64,000 bases of DNA from Asterias rubens (Eukaryota). Numbering within the stretch: the stretch's first letter is position 1; each line of letters opens with the position of its first letter. Of this stretch, positions 1 to 14,200 are shown in pieces. The position numbers were made by a program, and so were the translations under genes. Location: positions 4,340,001-4,404,000 of the forward strand of contig NC_047062.1 of assembly GCF_902459465.1 (NCBI RefSeq). Direction: 5' to 3'. The notes below the pieces were generated by a model, which was given only the letters and a program-made list of their open reading frames with translations, did not search any database and was not told the DNA's origin.

Positions 1-493
1 TTTTTCAAGGAAGAAATTTCATGCTAAACAAATTTTTGTGCTTAGCAGCTCTATGAAGTTGGGCCCTGGTGGTCTTGTATGTGTTTTGACGCGTTGTTTT
101 ACAGTCTGAATACATTCTGTTGGTTTGGAAAAATACATACCCATGAAACAAATCAGATAAATCTTCTTTAAATGTGCCTTTTCAAATACAAACAGTTCAA
201 TTCTTAAACTGTGTAGGCATTTTTTTCCACATTTGAATTATGTTCTTGTTGACAAAACTCTTGTCCAGTTTTATTATTTTGAGCTACATGCCCTGCAGTC
301 TTGTGGGTTCCCCTAAATTTGAGCAGTGAATGAGTGACGACTGAGATCACTTTCTTAAACAACTATTTGTGTGCCAACTTATCATCTGCCAGTCCATTTG
401 CTTTTCCATTTCTCACAATAGCTCTCTTGGGCTTAAAGTATAAAATGAACCGTAAGTTTCTCAAATGTTTAATATTGCTTCCCTGCCACACAG

Positions 494-3400
494 AATAAAC
501 ATAAACGTCTTCATACGACACCAGAGAATCCAACCAACAAGAGACTATTGGGTCAGAATAGTGTGACGTTTTCACCATCAAGTTTCTCACCTACAGTGTA
601 AGTCAAAGTATGTGTCCTAGGCCTAATTTCATAGAGCTGCTTACTTATAAGCAGAAAATATTGCTTTTAAAACAATTTTCTGCTTAGCAGAAATGAGCAG
701 GATACCAGTCACATGTTGTACGTGTGACATGGTAGTTTGGCTGCTTATCATATTCTGCTGAGCAAAATTTCATTGTGCTTAGCTACTTTTTGTGCTTTTA
801 AGCAGCTTTATGAAACTGGGCCCAGCTTTGAAACTTGTAATATCCGATATCTTGGGTGTTTAAAACGGCGGTCCATCATGAATACTTTCGATGATATCCA
901 TAAATTATGGGTTGCAGGTGCGTTAAGCGCTCGCTGCTCACCACTGTTGCCCAGGTTCCATTCCCGACTAAAGCCATGCATTGGTTCTCTCCTGTGCTAC
1001 AAAGTTTTTACTCAGGACCTTCAAACACTTTAGAACTTTGGCTGTGTCCCGTGGATGTTTACGAGTCAATGTGGCTAGCTGCCAAAGGCGCCCTTGCATG
1101 CTTGCGGTTTGAGCATGAGCATGCTGTAGCTGTATCCTTCGCAATTCAGCTTCTCATCTGGGAGTAAGGATGATTTTATCATTGTAATTATCAAGAAACA
1201 TATCATCGAAGTAATCAGTTGAAGTTTTAGAAGGAGCTTTTTTTTTCTCAGGAAAACAGTCTACGGAAAGGATTAACACTTTGTTTTATTCTTGGAGCAA
1301 ATCAACAGTTACAAATATTTAAAAACTGTTTTGAATTATTTTTTTTCTTTTTCTGCAAACAATAAGTGCTACACCGTCACAAAAGTATGGCAGTCGGACC
1401 AATAAACGAGAGGTAGTTGCAAAGTTTGGTTCAACAGAAGGGACAACTTGGAAGGGTACCAACGCAGCGACGTGTTCAGTGGAATACTACGATCCTGAGG
1501 GCACACTCAAGCAGAACTACAAGTATATGTTCCAGAAATTTACAGACAAAGCTAGTAGTAAGTTGCTCTAAAGACAATGAACCCTCGAAAAACAATATTA
1601 ACTAAATAATAGTCGGGATTGTCAAAATTTGGAAAGTGGATTAGCTCTTTAGTGCGAAAAAAATGGAAAATATTTGATGTCATTTGTTAGGGGTTCATAG
1701 TATTAAATGAAGGTTGCCAAATATTTTTCTTGAAGTTTTGAGCAAAAAATGAACACTAGACTGCAGGCCCGAGGCAAGTTTTTTAAGCATCCGGAAAGTA
1801 GAGTCATGACTGGACAAGTCTGGCGGTCTTGCATTTTTCGTTCAAATGGTGACCTTCAATCTTGTAACAATGCCCATATTAACTAATTTTGCTGAATATT
1901 TTTGTTTTCAGTATTGAATGATATGATTGAGAGTATGGGACAGCAAATTCAAGATAAATACAACATAGAAAGCTTCACACACCTAGCTCTTCCAATCCAG
2001 GTAGGGAGGTCATGTCTATTTCTTACATCAAAATGGTTGTCTTAATTCAAATGCATAAGAAAGTATTGTTCGAGGACACAAGAGCCACATACAAATTAAT
2101 ATTTACCTCATTGGGTTTACCCCGAAACAGAGAGTTGGGCCTGGATGAACTGAAATTTTGTGGTGATTAACCAAAAGTTCATCAAACAGAGACTTTTCTT
2201 TGAATCGTATTTCTAATTGTGAAGAAAAAAAACCCCACAGAGCAGTGATATAATCGATAGTTGAAGTGCCACCAGCCCTTCCTCCTGTCACCCCAAGAAT
2301 AAAAAGTTGCAAAACTGTGTCCCACTCTTTCGAAATGGCTGTTGAATCACACCACCTATTGAAAATATATGTACCTAACTTTGTGAAAATTCGTTTTGCT
2401 TTGAAAAATGTTTTACTATTCCAAGGAACCAGTGACGGTGGTAGGTCGAGTCTGTTGCGATACCAGCAGTGGGCGTCTAAATTCCCAGTCTGTGATCCTC
2501 GAGGGATCGGTGGAGACGTCAGCGGGCAAGCAAGTCATGTTGAACCTGTCCGAGATCAAGGAATATTCCTTGTTTCCCGGTCAGATTATTGCCATGGACG
2601 GAATCAACAGTAAAGGCGTCAAACTGGTGGCTTCTAAAATATATGAGGTTTGTAAATATCTTGTCTCTCTTAAATTAAAGTAATAAATCATGTGGGAAAC
2701 TGACTGGGTTTCTGTAGATAATTTTGGGTTGAACAAAGACAAGTTCACTAGAGCGGCACTTGAATATGTGACTTTCGGCACATTAATCTGGAGGTTCTAA
2801 TACCGCTGTAGTAAATTGGTCTTGTTCAACCTAAAATTTGAAAAAATATAACTAAAAGATTCATGGGAGTTTTTGCCTATGCTAGGTGCCCGCCAACAAA
2901 CTTACAAAGGAAATCAATTAGCACTTAAGCAAAAATTAACAGAAGTCATTTACTTACTGAACAGAGCAGGGGAAGTTGAAGTGTCTTATAACTATAACAT
3001 AACTTCCATTGTGATTATTCATTGCCCTGTACATACTTGTGCAAAAGAAAATGCAAAGTGAATGACGCAGAATTCAGCGGTAAAGCAGAGCACTGAAATT
3101 GGGCCCAGGTCCTTTCAACCTCTATGTGAGGGTGCCCTACTAAAATAACATCACGTACATTGGGTCCATAACCAAAGTTACCTTTCAGGTTAAAGAACAC
3201 TTCAATACTTTTTTCTGACAATCACCAAAACTTTATGTAAAGATCGACCCCTTATTAGATAAAAACAAGTAATTTTATTCCTGCCCCTAAATTTTGAACA
3301 GCAGCCCACCTTCACTCCCATTCTTCTACAGCTAAACTAGACCCCAAGCAGTACAGCCAGACTGGGTACTGTAGATGCTTTCTGCCCAGTCAGCCACATT

Positions 3401-6400
3401 GTGGGTGACTGCTTGTGTGAAGAGCATTAAACACATTTGATTCACCAGAACAATCACCAAGACTTCATCTTCCGTCTCTTTCTTCTCTTTCTTAGAGTGT
3501 TCCTCTACCTCTCTGTGAGTCTGAGGATAACTCACTCTTAGACTACGGTTCATTACATGTCATGGTGGCTGGTGGACCATACACAACGGCTGATACTCTG
3601 AGTTATGAGCCAATGAGCGATCTAGTCAGAGTTCTACTTCAAGACACACCGGATGTCTGCATTCTTGTGAGTGACTCTTCGCAAATTTATCTGGACTTTT
3701 CTTGACAAAATTTAGCAGGAAAAAAAACAAAAAAAAAAGCTACTGTTTTGGGACCACTTCAGGCCTGGAATTTCATCTTTGTGTGGGCAAGGCCATTATG
3801 ATTTTGCAAACGGCATTTCCATACGAAAATGTGCATGGGAATCTTGAAGGGGCACCACGGCCAAGACCACGGCATCGGAGGCCATCGTGTAACTCCAGAC
3901 CTCTTGCTTAAAAAGGAAGTACTTTATTGATATTGGAAGAGTTAAATTCAAAACAAAAAAATTCAAAAAGTCAACTTTTGTTAACCCCTCCCCCCCCCCC
4001 CCCCCCCCTCACAAAAAAGGAGAAAGACCTCCGATTAATGGATCTGAAGTCAACATGGTTTTAATTAATGCTCATTTCTGGCATAGATTTGCCAACATAA
4101 ATTCATCAAATGTTTTTCATTCTGTGATTTCTCTTCATAGTTTGGGCCGTTTGTGGATGTACATCACGCAGAAATCAAGGTAGGTTATTGTAAAATTACT
4201 TCACACCCCATCTTATTTCCACATTTAATAGTATAAAAAAAAAACATTTTCATCAATTTGCCATCAATTAGAAACCTTTAATTTACTCATTCTCCTTATT
4301 TGATAAAAAGACTTCTTCTTAAATTGGACATAATTCCTAAGGGAAATCACTTAGAGTTGAAATCATTTACATACAAACAGCCAATTTCAAAGCTCACACG
4401 GGGTGTCATATCTGGGCTATAAAGGGCGATGCACTCAAGTTCTATAGTTTACAGAGTGTTTGTCCAAAGTTTTTTATGAGTGATTGTTTTATGGATTAAC
4501 TTCTAGAAATCCCTCATGAATTATTTTTGTCTTTATCTAGGATTACGCGCAAGATCCTGAAGATTTGTTCAAGAAGCAGATGACAAAACTAGTAGAAGCC
4601 ACAAGGAAGTACGTCGGAGATTATTTGTTTTAAAGTTCACAATTCTTCTGAGTTTTCCTTATTCTTCCATTCATGAGAGTTCTCCTTGTGAAGAACCTTT
4701 AGTGGATAATACAGGGTTTTTCCATTGTCCTTAATTTGTCTAATGACCAGCCAGTGGGACCATTGGGTGGATTTCAACAAGGGTTAAAACTAGTCTTATC
4801 TCAAGTTAGGACGAGTAACTCGTCCTAACTTAGGACTAGCCACACATTTTGTAAATCTCCTAGCACTAGTCCTAAGGTAGAACTAGTCCTAACTCTTTGT
4901 GAAATCAACCCAAGGTCTCCTAGCTTTTTCACAAGTTCATAATTTATAGAATATAAGGATATTTGTCGATTTGATTTATCTACTATTTACCCAGCTCAGC
5001 CAGCTGACCACTGTTAACGGGACAGCGCTGTGGACAGTTTGTCTTGCAAAAGGAATTAAGCCGTCGATTTCACCCAACTCTTCCTAACTTAGGATTCATC
5101 TTAGGACTTAGGACGAGTTGAGTTCCGTATCCAAATACGTAGGACGAATTGAACCCATCCTAAGGTAGGACAGGTTACTCGTCCTAACTCGATTTAGGAT
5201 TAATCCTAGCGTTTCGTGGAATCGGCTGCAGGCGTGATATACTTCCCACTTAAGTTTGATTTCCGATTGTTTTTGCCTTTGGGAAAAATCAGACAAGTTA
5301 TGATTAAACAGCCTGAAAGGTCCACTAAAGGCATCACCTTGTGTACATATAGGTCAGCTCTTGTACTCGATAAAATATTCCTACTTTTTTTCCAAAGACC
5401 AAATATGCCTGAGTAAAGGCGTGCCACCCTCCAAATCCAGCAAAGTTTGATGTCACTATACACACCACTGTGGTAATATTAACAATTCATCTTAAGACCA
5501 AGCACTGTAGTGCTTGGTAAAATCAATCCCTGATGTTATTTTGAAGTACTTACAATGTGGCCTCTTTTCCTTCCCCTGTTTCTAGAGCCGGAACCCACTT
5601 AGTCTTTGTGCCATCTCTACGCGATGTTCATCATGAATTTATCTATCCACAACCTCCTTTCCCAACGCCAGATAATTTCCAAGACAAACATGTGAGTAAC
5701 GTAACCTTTCATATAATGCAGCACTTGCGCTTTGTGTTGCCAATTGGGGCCAACTTCATGGAGCTGTTTGAGCTGGAAATATTGCTTAACTCAGTCTGTT
5801 TGAGCAGGCGACCAGAAAATTGTATTGGGCTGGTATCCGACACCCTGTAAAACGCAGAGTTCTGCAGTAAACATTAGTGCCATTCAATCGGGCCCAGATA
5901 GCAAAACTATCATTTAATATTGTTTGATTTTGGGTTGACTAAAATGACTAATTACTGTTTGGTTTAAAAGAAAAGAAACTTACTGCAAAAAATCGAATGT
6001 GACATCGATAAAGATGGAAATATATGTTAACGAGTACAAATTTTACAAAAAAAAAAGGAAAAATATCATTGAGATTCTTGAATTAATGAAAAGGCAACTG
6101 AGAGTGAATTTCTAGTTATTCTGATTTTAAATAAAAAAACCCAAACAAATCAAAGGCACCAGTCTACAATGACAAAAGCCTCATTTTAGTTATCACCGAG
6201 TTGAATTAGGGAATACCAATATGGCCGCTTGTCAGATGATTTTTAACCCAAAGATATATGTTTGTTTTTCTCATACAGAGAGTACATCTGGTACCCGACC
6301 CCTGTACACTCGTTATCAATGGCATCGTGTTTGGATTGACATCAAGTGATATTCTCTTTCATTTAGGGAGTGAAGAAATATCCCAGTAAGTTTTAATATG

Positions 6401-8106
6401 TTTGGGGAATGGTGAAGTTGGTTCCCTTTAATAGTTGTATCAGACTCTCATTTTAAGGAAAAATAGAATCGCAAACGATCAGGTCATAAATAAAACCACA
6501 ACATGTCTCTTCTAGTTTTGGGGTTCAGCGAAGACAAATTTACTTGAACTTGACTTGAACCTGCGACTTAAAGGCAGTGGACAATATTGGTAATTACTCA
6601 AAATAATTATTATCATAAAACCTTACTTGGTAACAAGTAATGGGGAGAAGTTGATAGTATAAAACATTGTGAAAAACAGCTCCCTCTGAAGTGACGTAGT
6701 TTTTGAGAAAGAAGTAATTTTCCACGAATTTGATTTTGAGACCTTAGATTTAGAATTTGAGATCATGAAATCTTTATAAACAAAAGTTGTAGCAAAGTTA
6801 ACTAAATCACTAACTTATGATTAAAAAACCCTGTTTGTAGATTAGGTTTTTATTCCCTATCTGGTTGCATAGGTTTTTCCCCGGATTATTTCTCTGAGAT
6901 TTTTCTCCAAAATATAAAACTGAACCTTCCTTTTTTTGTCTTCTCTCTTTGGGGTTCTTAGCTAGTGTAATGATTAAGTTCGCTGAGAAAACGTGGCTCC
7001 ATAACCAGAATTAATCAAATTAAATGAAACTAAACTCATTCCTCCCCTCCTCAGTCCTCCAGGTTCGTCGGATCGTCTTGGCCGTCTAACGAAGCACATC
7101 TTAACCCAGCAGAGTTACTATCCGCTGTACCCGCCCCCAGAGACTATGCCGATTGACTACGAGCACTTTGAGCGTTATTCTCACATGGAGGTGACTCCCG
7201 ATGTCTTCATCAGTCCGTCGGACCTCAGGTGGTTCATTAAGGTGAGGGGATCAGAGTTGGGTTTTCGACTCAAGGATCTGAGAAAAAAAATCCTCAGTCT
7301 CATGACAACCAGTTTAAATCACTGACACAATGCTCATGTTGGTTCCTTTGGTCACTTTATATTCACCAATAACCCTGGTCAATACATGCACAATGGCAAA
7401 AACTCTGACAAGGAGCTTACCCATAAATGTGTAGAAACCGAATGACTGCAAGTGTTTTATGGTTTTCAAGTCAACAGGTTTGGGGTGTCCTTGACTAAGT
7501 ATAATCTCTAGAGGTTTGTGGCTTTAAAACTTTCTCATTGGCTATGGATTCTTATTCTTTCTGAACTGGTACTTTTTGGGGTTTCATTCAATGAACAAGT
7601 AAGTCAACAAAGTGTTATTTAAAATATTTTAGACCTCTTTGAAGATACCAATTTTTCGTACAATGTCGTATTTAAAGATCGCATTTCTCCCACAATATTG
7701 CAGGACTGGAATTACATGAAGTTCCTGCAGGTCATGGCCTCCATGAACTGTTCTTTGCCTTGATGCCCCTTCAAAAATTACCATAGACTTTAAGTTCCGA
7801 TGGAAGTGCCCTTTGCAAAGTGAAAATGATCTTGCACCCTCAAGAATGAAACTCCGTGCCTGATATTGTTGGCCCCCCCCCCACCCTTCAACTTCTTCCT
7901 AACTGAGCCATTAAGTAACCTTTCCCCCTCGCTCTCTCTTTTTTCCACAACAGGAAGCATGCGGATGTCTCACCATCAACCCAGGTCGCTTGTCGAGAGG
8001 TCAAGTCGGAGGGACGTATGCCAAGATTGTCATTGCACCTTCTAAGGAACCCACTACAGGCAGTGGAGTCGCTGCACGATCTACAGCCCAGATAATGAGG
8101 ATTTGA
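494..8106 (+). CDS. POLA2: DNA polymerase alpha subunit B, 3' 11 coding exons (5' exons lie upstream of the window)
   Basis: Exons 494-597, 1367-1557, 1912-2000, 2426-2647, 3496-3666, 4141-4179, 4541-4608, 5586-5691, 6279-6385, 7055-7241, 7954-8106. All are AG/GT bounded and phase-consistent. Peptides include SPSSFSP-ATPSQKY, EPVTVVGRVCCD, YSLFPGQII, GGPYTTAD, FGPFVD, HLVFVPSLRDVHHEFIYPQPPF, SYYPLYPP, TPDVFISPSDLRWFIK and INPGRLSRGQVGGTYAK...QIMRI-stop, matching the Pol alpha B-subunit family. Confidence 0.97.
619..823. mobile_element. MITE family E (TIR GGGCCCAATTTCATAGAGCTGCTT-like)
   Basis: Inverted termini. Partial copies at 1-66 and about 20537-20590; a composite copy at 8138-8520 lies just 3' of the POLA2 stop. 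Confidence 0.75.
4763..5228. mobile_element. Two adjacent MITEs with internal TTAGGAC/GTCCTAA repeats
   Basis: 4763-4913 (TTGGGT.GATTTCA ... TGAAATCAACCCAA) and 5060-5228 (GCCG.CGATTTCAC ... GTGGAATCGGC) share the GTTAGGACGAGTAACTCGTCCTAAC core. Confidence 0.7.
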
Positions 8107-8786
8107 AGTAGGATTTAAGAGATTACTTAGGGATGCAGGGCCCAAAATCATAGCGCTGCTTAACGGTAAGCAAATTTTCATGCTTACTGTAGCAGAAAAA
8201 TTTGCTAAGGTGTTAGGTGGTCTTTTTGCGCATTCACCATGGATTTGTTATGTTACGTCATTCATTTTTGTGCACTAAGCACCAGAAGGTTAGCATGCAT
8301 TTTTGTCTGCTTACGGTTAGCAACGCCTTGAAATGGAAATCGTACAGTAAGCAGAAAATCAGCTCTATGGGGCCCAATTTCAAAGCGCTGCTTAGTGGCC
8401 GATTTTGTGCTTGCTGTACGTGCTATTTCTATTTCATAGTGCTGCTAACCGTAAGCACTTGAAAAGGCATGCTAACCTACCGGTGCTTACCGCACGAAAA
8501 TAAATAATTTTGAAATTGGGAAAGATTGTAAATAAAAATAGCATTGTAAATAAAATAAAGTCGTCTTGAATCTCTTCACTGCCTCTTCCGATGTTGTTTC
8601 ATAACTTGGCAAATATAAGCAGAAATGAGATTTTGGAATTCAAACGTACTCTTTATAAGCAGAACTCTTTTTAACAGGGCTATTTATAGTGAAGGATGAA
8701 CAATTGATTAGATTTGTGTATCTAACACAAGTGTATGAAACGGTGTGAAGTCAGTGTAAGAATTTAATCAACAATTGACTAGGTAT

Positions 8787-9050
8787 AAAAGGAACACGTT
8801 GCCTTGGTCGAGTTGGTCTTCGAAATTGCGTGGTTTTACTTTTACTTTGCGAACTAACACGGTCGACCATTTATAGGAGTCAAAAATTTGATTCCTGTAA
8901 ATGGCCGACCGTGTTTGTCGACGATGTAAAAAGGAAAACCACGCAATTTCGAGTGATACTTGTGTGGATCGTTATATTCTACTTTTAGAATATCTTTCAT
9001 ACGCTTTTTAAAGGCCAACTCGACCGATCCAAGGCATTGTGTTCCTTTAA
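8787..9050. mobile_element. Kolobok-like palindromic MITE family B
   Basis: AAAGGAACACGTTGCCTTGG ... CCAAGGCA.TGTGTTCCTTTAA; a longer copy lies at 37965-38352. Confidence 0.8.
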
Positions 9051-11230
9051 GGGTGAATACTTACAAAATGGGAAATATAAGAATATTTGCAAAACTTCAG
9101 CACACTAAAGAAATACCTTTACTCATAACGTGCGTTTGTAAAGAGCTTATGGATATTTAGTAATATTCTAACTGCCTGTTCTGGTTTCACGCACATGAGG
9201 TTTTTAAAGTTTTGGCTTATATTTATTGACCTTTTGAACTCAATTGGTCGTCGAAGTTGCGAGATAATGAAAGAAAAAATACCCTTGTCACACACAAAGT
9301 TGTGTGCTTTCAGATGCTTGATTTCGTGACCTCAAATTCTAAATCTGAGGTCTCAAAATCAAATTCGTCGAAAATTACTTCTTTCTCGAAAACTACGTTA
9401 CCTCAGAGGGAGCCGTTTCTCACCATGTTTTATACCATCGGCCTCTCCAAATTTCTAGTTTCCCAGTAAGGTTTTATGCGAATAATTATTTTGAGTAATT
9501 ACCAATAGTGTCCACTGCCTTTAATATCAGTTATGGAAATCCTATCTTGGCAGGTCAACTTGTCGTTTTTATTCAGCCACTCAATATAAAGATAAAGAAA
9601 TCCATATTAGAATATAATTTTGATAAATTGATATCAACTAAAAAGAAAAAGCGGAAAACAGTTCTGAGGTTTTTTGAGCACTGCAAACTTTATTCAAAAT
9701 TCCACACACTGCAATAAGTTTATTTCAAAAGTATAAACCAAACAGATTTACATATAAATGTATCCAATACAAATTTCTCTCCCCACAGTAATAACCTTTG
9801 AACCTTTGGTAAAAGATTTTCACCAACTTTATCTTGAGTCAAAAAAGAAGCCCCTCTTTAAGAACACAATGCCTGTTTCAAGTGTTAGAACCTGGAGTCA
9901 TGCTTTTTAAAGTACAATTTTAAAGTGTTTAATAAATTTCTGCTCTTAGAAAACAAGACCTCTGGCCTTCTCTTTATTTTGTATAAAATTGTATTGCTAT
10001 TGTTTAACAATGTATCGCTGTTAAACAAAAATGAATCTTGGATAAAATTTAATATGTACATACTAATGAATAAGCTCTGTATTTGTACCATAATATCAGG
10101 TCAACGTGTCCTTATTTCATGTTTGGACGGAATTACATGTGGACGGAATGTATAATGCACTTTGGTTCTTTTGGTTTTACCCTAATACACCAATGTGTAC
10201 TTTCCCGAGTCCTGTTTCTTTTGTTCACAGGACTTGAAAACGTACCGAGTATATAGTGCTTTACACATTAGTGTTTGGGTAAAACCAAATATAAGTCTCT
10301 ATCCCGCTTCAAGTTTAACGTCTAACACCTAAGTTATGTCTAATAATAAATGCCCAGGAAATATTTTTACTCCAACTTTCTGTCTCACTGTCTATTAAAT
10401 GACAAACTCTTTGAATCTGTGGCTGTCCGATCAACTTCAACAAGATGTAATTAGGAACAGACCAACGCAATGCCAGAACACATTACTAGAGAGATCAGCA
10501 ATGCTAGTAATCAAAAAATTATTTCAAAATTGTAAAATATGTAAAACTTTTCTTCAAATGTTACACTTACATCCTCCCAAAGTGAAAAAAGAACAAAACA
10601 TGGCAAAAGTATTCAAACTTGCTTTCAGTTTGATTTCTTCGTTTTTATCCCTTGCAAACTAAATGTATATCTAGCAGTTGAATCTGCTAGTTTGAGACTT
10701 GAACATTATTACCCCTTGCCATTGGGACTTGGTTGTAAATCCTTAAACAGCTCCTCCCTACAGTCTGTACTGCCAAGAATGTAGTGCATTAAGCTAAATG
10801 AAAAGAACCACTTTTGCCCCTTACAGGTACCCATTTACCGCAGGTGAGAAGAGAAGCTGTTATAAACAAATATGCCCTCAAGGTGTTTTCATCGGCAACC
10901 AAACCAATAGACTGTATTGAATAACCCCTTTTTTGCTCTGTAAGTCGCCATCTTGTAAGGCGAACCGCATGCGTGTCCAAATGCGTACATCAATGAAGCA
11001 CGCAGCACACGACATTCCTGGTTTGATTTCTAGGGCACATCCACGCACTCACGCGCACAGACACCATGTAGAAGGGAAGATATTTAAACAGTGCTGCATA
11101 TTCAATACGGTCTACGTATATCCCAGAACTTGAGTTGGGTCAGTGCATTAGAATGCCGAGACCTGACACCCTTCAGTTCTTCAAAACGTGTCCATTAGTG
11201 TTCTCTCACTGAGTAGCATAAACTTGCTTC

Positions 11231-14200
11231 TCAAAGCCACATTTTGAATTTGAAAAATGCTTGCATATCTGGGTCCTCCACCGTCTTTCGATTCACTCCC
11301 GCGTAGACAGTCATCAAGAGCTTGGACTTGAATTTAGCATCCAGGATTTCAACATACTTCTCCAGACATCCTAAGGGGGTTGGGGTGGGGGGAATGGGGA
11401 AAAAACATTATAATATGAAGAACAATAAATCTCATGTAGAATTCCTGAATAACAGTGTGAGCACAAAGTTAGTGTTCATTGCATGGTAATGACCCGTGTT
11501 AGGGTTGACCTGACTTGACTCGGACCAATGTTTCCCACATTAGTATAATTTCTATGTCCCTAAAACAAAATCAATTCTAGGTTATTAGGTGACAGAAAAA
11601 AAAATTCTTGACAAGAAATGAATGGTCTATATAGATGATGTGACCTATATTTTGTTAAAACCGCCCTCTGTTGATAAAAAAAACTGTATACGTCATGTTT
11701 CACCGGCCGAAAAGACGCAATGTCATGGTAAGATTGCATACACTTTCTAGCTGGTTGCCAAAATACAAAGGTTTTGCCCGGCGGTATGAGCGCGAATCAT
11801 TTTATGGTTTTTGAGTGACGTAAGAGGTCACATTAAAGAAAACCCTTTTGTTACCTTCACAAGTTACAATGTAGCTCGGACAACAATGTTTGAATACGTG
11901 TGGTGGTTCCACGCTCTTTTTACCAAGTTCATAAAAAGTCTACTATTTGTGAATTCTTACCATAGAGTTATATATAAGAACTAGAGGGCGCACGAGTGAT
12001 GCTTCGTGCACAAACGCCACGGGACCGCAAGATGACAAGCGCGTCATTCTGAACGCGCGTTGAATATGAAATACATGTTTGATTTTTTTTTTATTGAACA
12101 CTCACGCGATGCTGTTCAACTTACAAAATGGCCGCACAAACACACGCTGTGAGATGCAAGTTTTGTCAACTTAGAAAATGGCCGCCTGCGCGCATGCCGG
12201 AGCGCAGATATAGGCCAGTGCGCCCTCTAGTTCTTATATATAACTCTATGATTCTTACCGATTCCCATGACCCTCCCCCAGGAGATCATGTGCTTTATCA
12301 GCCTGGTGTCATCGAACTGTTCATGCTTCATCAGAAGTCGTACAGCCTCACCGTGTAGGTACGCATCGTCAAACGAGGACTCCTCAGGGAAAGGGAATCG
12401 GTCGTAAACATCTACTGCTTTTAAGGGTTCAGTCTTGACCACAAGATCAGCCAGCTCAATGTAAGCATCGTGGACCTTCACAAAGAATGCAAGATTTTTA
12501 TGAAAAAAAACACAAAAAACTGGCAGCACAAAGCTGAATTATGTGGTATTACAAGGTAAAATAACTGTTAAAAATTACACAGAAAAAAACATAAAATAGC
12601 AAAACCGCAGTATGGGGGTACAGAAATGGGGGTACATTCTTTAAAGATGACATTAAATAGGAGTCTAAAATTGTTTTGACAATTTACGACTGGTTACAGC
12701 ACCCTCTCATGATGAGATCAGTGAACAACAAGTGAAAAGTTGAATCTGGGGAAACTAAAAGAGGTCCTTTGATTGCTGAAATGAACTACTTGTGGTTAAT
12801 CTTGCTCATAAGTCAATTATTCAATTAAAACACTTCTGTTAAAGGCAGTGGACACTATTGGTATTTACTCAAAGTAATTATTATCATAAACTTTCTTGTT
12901 TATGAGTAATTGGAAGAGGTTGATAGTATAAAACACTGTGAGAAACAGCTCCCGCTGAAGTGACGTAGTTTTCGAGAAAGAAGTAATTTTCCACGAATTT
13001 GATTTAAAGACCTCAGATTTAGAATTTGAGGTCTCGAAATCAAGCATCTGAAAGCACACAACTTCGTGTGACCAAGGTGCGACAAGGGTGTTTTTTTTCT
13101 TTCATTAATATCTCGCAACTTCGACGACTGATTGAGCTAACACAAACTGTGAAGACTAGTCTTTGACAATTACCAATAGTGTCCAGTGTCTTTAAAGAAC
13201 CTGGATACAAATCTGTTTTCATATTGAGGACAGAGATGTGTGTTGTGAAACACATATGGACTGGCATTCAGTCCCTAGTTAACGTCTTTCCCTCCTCGGG
13301 CCTCTGTGGTACCAGAAGATGGTCCAATTTCCTTGGGATGAATATAATGTCCAGTAGTCAACTTATTTATGTGTATCAAAGTCAAGGATATGGTTCACCG
13401 TTGGTTTTATTTTGTTTTTCAGTTCTTTCATATCACTTCATGCACTTTTCTAATTTCACACTTATGAACTTAGTGCATAACTACCGACTTTCCTGTCCTC
13501 CAAAATGAGGCTTTCTCCAAGACCAAAGTGGCCTTGCCCTAAAAATGTTGTAATTCCAGGCCTGTATACTTGATATTTGACAAACCTGAGGAGCCATTAC
13601 AATGACATCATTATACAGCATCTGAGCTTCGGTAGTATCGTCTGCATCTTTAGCAAGGGCTCTTGCGAGTCCAAGTCGTGCTGGGTGTGTGATGCGATTC
13701 AGCGGACCATTGCTTGAAACAGGAGCTGCCTGCTTGGCTGGTTGTATTACGAGTAGATTATGAAATAATACAAAGGGGTTAGGTTTATGTTTAAAACCAA
13801 TCCAAAGTCAAAGTACCAGATTGGAAATTTTTAAAGATTAGTGCCCATCTGAAAGGCAGTGGACACTATTAGTAATTACTCAAAATAATTATTAGCATAA
13901 AATCTTACTTTGTAACTAGTAATGGGGAGAGGTTGATGGTATAAAACATTGTGAGGAACGGCTCAAAGTAGTGTAGTTTTCGAGAAAGAAGTAATTTTAC
14001 ACGAATTTGGTTTGAGACCTCAGATTTAGAATTTGATGGCCTCGAAATCAAGCATCTGAAAGCACACAACTTCATGTGACAAGGGTGTTTTTTCTTTCAT
14101 TATTATCTCCCAACTTCTGATCGATTGAGCTCAAATTTTCACAGGTTTTTTTATTTTATGCCTATATTGAGATACACCAAGTGAGAAGACTGGTCTTTGA

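Noticed and set aside
363-590. Minus-strand 75-aa ORF
   Set aside because: Overlaps the plus-strand POLA2 exon 494-597, which explains the coding signal.
12865-13267. Recurrent ORFs such as MCFQMLDFETSNSKSEV (also at 9257 and 53820)
   Set aside because: They recur only because they lie in copies of the non-coding Kolobok-like MITE family A; no transposase motifs.
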